A DNA stretch of 64,000 nucleotides from a bacterium (GTDB lineage: Bacteria > UBA8248 > JACPRG01 > G963555815). Made by a program: the position numbers and the translations under genes. Below, one piece after another: positions 59,230 through 64,000 of this stretch. Each line of letters opens with the position of its first letter. The stretch's first letter is position 1. The notes under the pieces are model-generated. The model was not told the DNA's origin and searched no databases. It saw only the letters and a list, made by a program, of their open reading frames with translations. The stretch is from NCBI GenBank assembly GCA_965261595.1, contig CBDHDG010000007.1, positions 96,001 through 160,000 on the forward strand, read 5' to 3'.

Positions 59230-60537
59230 TTGAGCGAACCACGCCCCGCTTCGCCGAAGTCGGGATTTTTCTATGGTTGGTTCGTTGTGGGGATCTCCTT
59301 CCTCACACTGGCCGTGGGGGGGTCCTCCAACGGGTCCTTCTCCGTCTTCTACGTGGCCATCCTGGAAGAGTTCAACTGGAGCCGGGCCGATACGGCCGGG
59401 GCTTTTTCCCTCAGCATGCTGATCTTCGGCGCTTGCAGCCCGCTGGTCGGATGGCTGTTGGACCGATTCGGCGCGCGCAGGGTGATGCCGTTCGGCGTCA
59501 TCGTTCTCTCGGCGGGGCTGTTGGTTTCGAGTCTCGTTTCCTCCCTGTGGCAGCTCTACATTTTCTACGGCGTCCTGGTGGCCGTGGGCGTCACGCACAT
59601 CGGCTTCATCCCCAATGTCATCATCATCTGCAACTGGTTTTTCCGCCACCGGGCCCTCGCGCTCGGAATCGCCAACGCCGGCCGCGGCGTCGGGGCGCTG
59701 ATCCTCATCCCCCTGATCCAGTACGGCATTCAGACGGTGGGGTGGCGAAACACCTACATCCTCTTGGGAACCTTCGTCTTCATCCTTCTCTTTCCTTTCC
59801 TCGCCATCTTTTTGCGCGGACGCCCCGAGGACAAGGGCCTGAGACGGCTGGGCGATCCGGAGGACGCCTCCCGGGAAGGCGAGCCGGCCCGGGAGGCGCC
59901 GCGCGGCCCCTCCTTGCGGGATGCGATGCGTTCTTACCGATTCTGGGCGTTGGCCGTCGTCGGGATCATCAACGGGCTGGCGTTCTCCGGCCTACTGGTG
60001 CATGTGGTCGCCTACATCGGCGACGTAGGCTACCCGACGCTGTTCGCCGCCACCATCTTCGGCCTGTCCGCGGTCTTCCGCTCCGGGGGCGGGATTATCG
60101 GCGGACACACCTCGGACCGGATCGGCCGCGAGTCGGCCTTCGCCCTCTTCAGTCTCCTGACCTTTTCCGGCACGGTGGCCCTGATTTTCGCCCGGCCAGA
60201 AGCGCCCTGGATCATTTACGCCTTCGCGATCCTTCACGGCCTGGGATCGGGGGCCACGGGGACGATCAACTCTTCGCTCAAAGCGGATATATTTCAGGGC
60301 CGAAGTTTCGGTCTGATCTTCGGCTTCAATCAGGCGGCCACCGGGATCGGGGCCGCCCTGGGACCGTGGCTGATGGGCCTCGTTTACGACCGGATGGGGA
60401 CCTACGTCCCCGCGCTCCAGGCCATGCTCCTGATCTACGTCCTGACGGTCGTGGGAATCTGGATCGTGGCCCCGCGGAAAGTCCGCCCCATCGGCCGCAG
60501 GGCCAAAGAGACCTTTATCGAAACCCGGACGCCCTGA
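59230..60537 (+). CDS. MFS transporter (MCT/OFA-like)
   Basis: FFYGWFVV, GWLLDRFGARRV, SDRIGRE, about 12 TM. Confidence 0.92.
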   Translation: MSEPRPASPKSGFFYGWFVVGISFLTLAVGGSSNGSFSVFYVAILEEFNWSRADTAGAFSLSMLIFGACSPLVGWLLDRFGARRVMPFGVIVLSAGLLVSSLVSSLWQLYIFYGVLVAVGVTHIGFIPNVIIICNWFFRHRALALGIANAGRGVGALILIPLIQYGIQTVGWRNTYILLGTFVFILLFPFLAIFLRGRPEDKGLRRLGDPEDASREGEPAREAPRGPSLRDAMRSYRFWALAVVGIINGLAFSGLLVHVVAYIGDVGYPTLFAATIFGLSAVFRSGGGIIGGHTSDRIGRESAFALFSLLTFSGTVALIFARPEAPWIIYAFAILHGLGSGATGTINSSLKADIFQGRSFGLIFGFNQAATGIGAALGPWLMGLVYDRMGTYVPALQAMLLIYVLTVVGIWIVAPRKVRPIGRRAKETFIETRTP

Positions 60538-60637
60538 GTCGGGGTCCTCTCAAAAGAGACAGGGTCTGAGATGATCGGAACGTGGATCAACGTCGCGCCG
60601 GCTCCGGCGTCCCTGTTCTCATCCGAAGAATCTTCTC

Positions 60638-61348
60638 ATGCGGATTCCGGCAAACGCCATCGAAGGGATTTTCGTCCGGCGCGTGAACCGCTTCCGGGAG
60701 GAGGTCCGGATCGGGCGCGGAAACTTGGCTGTCCATGTGGCGCACTCGGGGAGACTGGGGGAGCTGCTCGTCCCCGGAGGCCGGGCACTCCTCGTCCCGG
60801 CCGCGGGCGCGCATCGGAAGACCTCCCACGACTTGCTCCTGGCGGGCCGGCCCGACGGCCGGGGGTGGGTCTGCGTGGACGCGCGGGTTCCGAACAAGCT
60901 GGTGAAGGAAGCCCTCGAAGCGGGCCGCCTGCCGGGATTCGAGGGTTTTTCGCGGATATCGCCGGAGCCCCGCGTGCCGGGAGGACGGCTGGATTTCTGT
61001 CTGACGGGTGAAGGCGTCCGGCCGTGTTGGGTCGAGACAAAGTGCGTCACGCTTGTCGAGGAAGGGGTCGCGAGATTTCCCGACGCCCCGACGGTTCGCG
61101 GCGCTCGACACCTGCGGCGCCTGATCGCGCTCGCCCGGGCGGGCGACCGATCGGCCGTCCTGTTCATCATCCTACGATCGGACACAAAATCCTTTTCGCC
61201 CAACGAAAAGAACGACCCGCTTTTCGCCGAAACCCTCCGCGAAGCCATCTCCGCCGGCGTGACGGCAAGGGCGCTGAAATGCGACGTCAACAAAGAGAGA
61301 ATCCGGATCCACGGTGAGATCCCGATGGGGATCGCGCCGCTCCCGTGA
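60638..61348 (+). CDS. sfsA: SfsA DNA/RNA nuclease (sugar fermentation stimulation protein)
   Basis: RVNRF, HVAHSGRLGELL.PG, RLDF, VETKCVTL, FPDAPTVRGARHL. Confidence 0.93.
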   Translation: MRIPANAIEGIFVRRVNRFREEVRIGRGNLAVHVAHSGRLGELLVPGGRALLVPAAGAHRKTSHDLLLAGRPDGRGWVCVDARVPNKLVKEALEAGRLPGFEGFSRISPEPRVPGGRLDFCLTGEGVRPCWVETKCVTLVEEGVARFPDAPTVRGARHLRRLIALARAGDRSAVLFIILRSDTKSFSPNEKNDPLFAETLREAISAGVTARALKCDVNKERIRIHGEIPMGIAPLP

Positions 61349-61354
61349 TGACCC

Positions 61355-62347
61355 TCAGACCTTAAAAGCCTCCCGCGTATTCGGGGGAAAAAGCTCCTCG
61401 ACGAGAACATCCCGCTCGGCCAGGTCCTGTTCCATCGAGAAGCGCAGGAGGGCTTCGAGCGTCTTGCGATTTTCCTCCACGCCGTAGGGCCAGAGGTCTT
61501 TGCCCAGAACCGCCTCTTCCTCTTCGATCTCCGTCAGCAGCCAGGGCAGCGTGTACCGGATGGCCTGGGTGTCACGGAGCCACGCCTCAGCCATGGTCTT
61601 GGCCTCGCAGAACGCCTTGAAGAGGTTCTGCGTGATCCAGGGGTGCTCCCGGACAATCTCCTCTTTGATGACGACGGTGTGCATGATGGGGAAGACCCCT
61701 GTCCGCCGGTAATAGTCCATTTCGACCCGCTTGTGGTCCTTGAAGAGCCGCCGGACGTTGGGCGATCCCTCGCGGAAGCAGCGGGGAATGCGGGAGGTGA
61801 ACAGGGCGTCGATCCCCCCCTCGTCCAACTCCTCGCTGAGGGTCCGGCCGTCCGGGATGAGGGACAGCTTGACGCCCTCCGGTAGGCCGATGTCGATGCG
61901 CTCCTTCCGTCCCGGATTCTCCAGGCCGCCCACGCGAAACTCCACGTCCTCGGGCCGGACGCCGTAATCTTCCTGGAAGATCCCCTTGAGCCAGACGATG
62001 GCGGTCATGGCCCACTCCGGGATGCCGACGCGCTTGCCCTTGAGGTCCTCGGGCCGCTCGATGCCCGAATGGACGTTGATGAAGACGAAGGCGTGGCGGA
62101 ACATCCGGGACGGGAAGACGGGGATGGCGATGAAGGGCGGGTTGGGCCGGGTCCTGTAGAGCAGATAAGCCGACAGGCTCATCTCCGAGGCGTCGAACTC
62201 CTCGAACTGACACATCCGCCAGAAGATCTCTTCCACGGGGAGGGCGAGGTAGTTGAGGTCCACGCCGTCCACCCGGACGGTCCCGTCGCGCAAGGGGCGG
62301 GTGCGGTCGTAATCCCAACAAGCCAGCGTCAACGGAACCCGCGACAT
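61355..62347 (-). CDS. 4,5-dihydroxyphthalate decarboxylase-like / ABC substrate-binding-fold protein
   Basis: LACWDYDRT.PL.DG.V, FDASEMSLS, PVFPSRMFRH, FPIMHTVV, WPYG..NR. Confidence 0.85.
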   Translation of the reverse strand: MSRVPLTLACWDYDRTRPLRDGTVRVDGVDLNYLALPVEEIFWRMCQFEEFDASEMSLSAYLLYRTRPNPPFIAIPVFPSRMFRHAFVFINVHSGIERPEDLKGKRVGIPEWAMTAIVWLKGIFQEDYGVRPEDVEFRVGGLENPGRKERIDIGLPEGVKLSLIPDGRTLSEELDEGGIDALFTSRIPRCFREGSPNVRRLFKDHKRVEMDYYRRTGVFPIMHTVVIKEEIVREHPWITQNLFKAFCEAKTMAEAWLRDTQAIRYTLPWLLTEIEEEEAVLGKDLWPYGVEENRKTLEALLRFSMEQDLAERDVLVEELFPPNTREAFKV

Positions 62348-62451
62348 GGGAAAACCTCTAGATGATTAGAGAAAAGGAAAAACCTTGGGGGGACATTTTG
62401 AAAACGTCACCCGGTGGGGTGTGTCCCCCCAATCCCCCCTCGAAAACTTTC

Positions 62452-62505
62452 GTTTCTTGCGATAGAGGCAAGCGCCTTACGGCGCTTGCCTCTATCGCAA
62501 GAAAC
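62452..62505. repeat. Perfect 25-bp palindrome with 4-nt loop
   Basis: GTTTCTTGCGATAGAGGCAAGCGCC-TTAC-GGCGCTTGCCTCTATCGCAAGAAAC. Confidence 0.95.
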
Positions 62506-62700
62506 TGGCACATTGGCCGGATGCTGCGGCTTGCGTAGCCAGACGGGCATCCGGCCAAAGAACAAAACCATCAGGAGGCCGAGAACAACCGTCCCAGCCA
62601 ACCCCACCCCAACCCAGCAGGCCAAGCGTCAAGCTTGGCCGTCGAAAGTCCTAAGGGCTAAGGGAGTCTGGGGGGCGTCTTACAAGAAGCCCCCCAGGGT
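62492..62700. repeat. ~200-bp multi-hairpin intergenic repeat, copy A
   Basis: Collinear similarity with 63597-63793. Confidence 0.9.
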
Positions 62701-62710
62701 CTTCCCGCCT

Positions 62711-63463
62711 CTACCCGAATACAATTCCGCCATCGACCAGGATCGTCTGGCCGCTGACAAAGTCGCTATCGGCCGAGGAGAGATAGATCACCGTTCCCAC
62801 CACATCTTCCGGGTATTCCGAGCGCTTGATGGCTCGCCGCTCGATGTTGGCCTCAACGACCGCCTTGGGGGCGGCCTGATTCGAGGGGGAGAGGATAAAT
62901 CCGGGCATGACCGCGTTGACGGTGATTCCGTGGGGTCCGAGCTCCCGGGCGACGGCGCGGGTCATCCCGACGACCCCGGCCTTGGAGGTCGAGTAATGGA
63001 GGAAATCGGGGATCCCCGTGTCGACGACGGCGGAGGAGATGTTGACGATCTTCCCGGCGCCTTGCTCCTTCATCCGCCCCCCGAAGGCCCGGGTGGGGAC
63101 ATACGTGCCGGTGATGTTGACGTGGATGACCTTGTTCCACTCTTCCATCGAGATATCGAAGAACGACTGCCTCTTGAGGCCGGCGAAAACGGCCGCGTTG
63201 TTGACGAGGATATCCACGCTTCCGAAGGCGTCCACCGTCTGTTGGACGGCGTCCTCCATGGCGGAAAGGTCCGTGACATCGGCCTGGATGCCGATGGCTT
63301 CCGCCCCCGAGTCGCGGAGTTTCCCGGCGGGTCCCTCGCAATCGAGGATGTCGTTGATGACGATCTTCGCCCCTTCCTTCGCCATGGCCTCGGCGTACAC
63401 CCAGCCGATCCCCTGCGCGGAGCCCGTGATCACAGCCACCTTTCCGTCGAGTCTGCCCGCCAT
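62711..63463 (-). CDS. Short-chain dehydrogenase/reductase
   Basis: ITGSAQGIG, LVNNA, NISS, YSTSK. Confidence 0.95.
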   Translation of the reverse strand: MAGRLDGKVAVITGSAQGIGWVYAEAMAKEGAKIVINDILDCEGPAGKLRDSGAEAIGIQADVTDLSAMEDAVQQTVDAFGSVDILVNNAAVFAGLKRQSFFDISMEEWNKVIHVNITGTYVPTRAFGGRMKEQGAGKIVNISSAVVDTGIPDFLHYSTSKAGVVGMTRAVARELGPHGITVNAVMPGFILSPSNQAAPKAVVEANIERRAIKRSEYPEDVVGTVIYLSSADSDFVSGQTILVDGGIVFG

Positions 63464-63543
63464 GTGTATACTCCTCTTCTTGCGGGGGGCGGGTGCATGT
63501 CGGTGACCCTCGGGTCGGGTGACCCTCCAGCCCGCTGTCGGAA

Positions 63544-63566
63544 GGCGGGCTGGAAGCCCGCCCTAC
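63544..63566 (-). repeat. GTAG-type REP-like palindrome
   Basis: Minus strand GTAG-GGCGGGCT-TCC-AGCCCGCC. Confidence 0.6.
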
Positions 63567-63596
63567 CTTTCATTAGGCGATAGTGTGCTTTGCAAA

Positions 63597-63793
63597 CTAT
63601 CGCAAAAACCGGCACATTGGCCGGATGCCGCAGCTGGCGAAGCCAGACGGGCATCCGGCCAAAGAACAAAGCCGCCAGGAGGCCGAGAACAACCGCCTCC
63701 GCCACCCCACACCCAGCAGGCCAAGCCTACGGCTTGGCCGTCAAAAGTTTTCGAGGGGGTCTGGGGGACAGTTTTCAAAATGTCCCCCAGGGT
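63597..63793. repeat. ~200-bp multi-hairpin intergenic repeat, copy B
   Basis: Collinear similarity with 62492-62700. Confidence 0.9.
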
Positions 63794-63805
63794 TTATCCC
63801 ACCAT

Positions 63806-64000
63806 TCACCCCATCGCGATCCCGCCGTCGACGATGATGTTCTGCCCCGTCACGAAATCGCTATCCGAGGACGCCAGATAGATCATCGTCCCGACCAGGT
63901 CCTCGGGATACTGGTTGCGCTTGATGCAGCGCACCTTCACGTTGTCCTCATGACGCGACGCGGGGAGTCCATCGTTCGACGTGATATCCACATAACCGGG
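63806..64000 (-). CDS. Short-chain dehydrogenase/reductase, C-terminal part (runs off the window)
   Basis: PGYV...IKR.QYPEDLVGT.IYLAS.DSDFVTGQ.I.VDGG; paralog of 62711-63463. Confidence 0.9.
   Translation of the reverse strand, partial: PGYVDITSNDGLPASRHEDNVKVRCIKRNQYPEDLVGTMIYLASSDSDFVTGQNIIVDGGIAMG

Noticed and set aside
1..64000. CRISPR array or cas genes
   Set aside because: No regularly spaced repeat-spacer run seen; the PD-(D/E)XK Fe-S domain at ~42770-43650 is the AddB nuclease, not a standalone Cas4.

Overview
GC-rich bacterial chromosomal window with no CRISPR array and no rRNA. The left end (1-4445) is an IS3 end plus a minimal P4/PICI-like satellite (integrase, unknown gene, alpA, D5-type helicase, inverted-repeat origin candidate) integrated at the 3' end of tRNA-Ala(GGC). 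Next come a b6-type Rieske/cytochrome b complex with a 905-aa octaheme cytochrome c, a sigma54 response regulator, scattered aromatic/redox enzymes (VOC dioxygenase-like, LLM, BoxB-like diiron protein, SDRs), a MerR-HicB fusion with a truncated hicA, an RND pump and an IS1380 composite unit flanked by a 5-bp direct repeat. The rest is housekeeping: folD-xseAB-ispA-dxs-tlyA-(2 membrane proteins)-addB-addA, rlmN-coaD-aminotransferase, a NitT/TauT ABC transporter, lexA, an mltD-like gene, dnaN, an MFS transporter and sfsA. The most unusual non-coding signals are a self-contained ~180-nt transcript upstream of lexA (promoter, perfect 13-nt Shine-Dalgarno, 14-codon ORF, long hairpin, terminator) and a ~200-bp multi-hairpin repeat downstream of tandem SDR genes. 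Many genes carry single indels or in-frame stops, so sequencing error cannot be separated from gene decay using this sequence alone. All family assignments come from motif recognition by eye; no searches were run.
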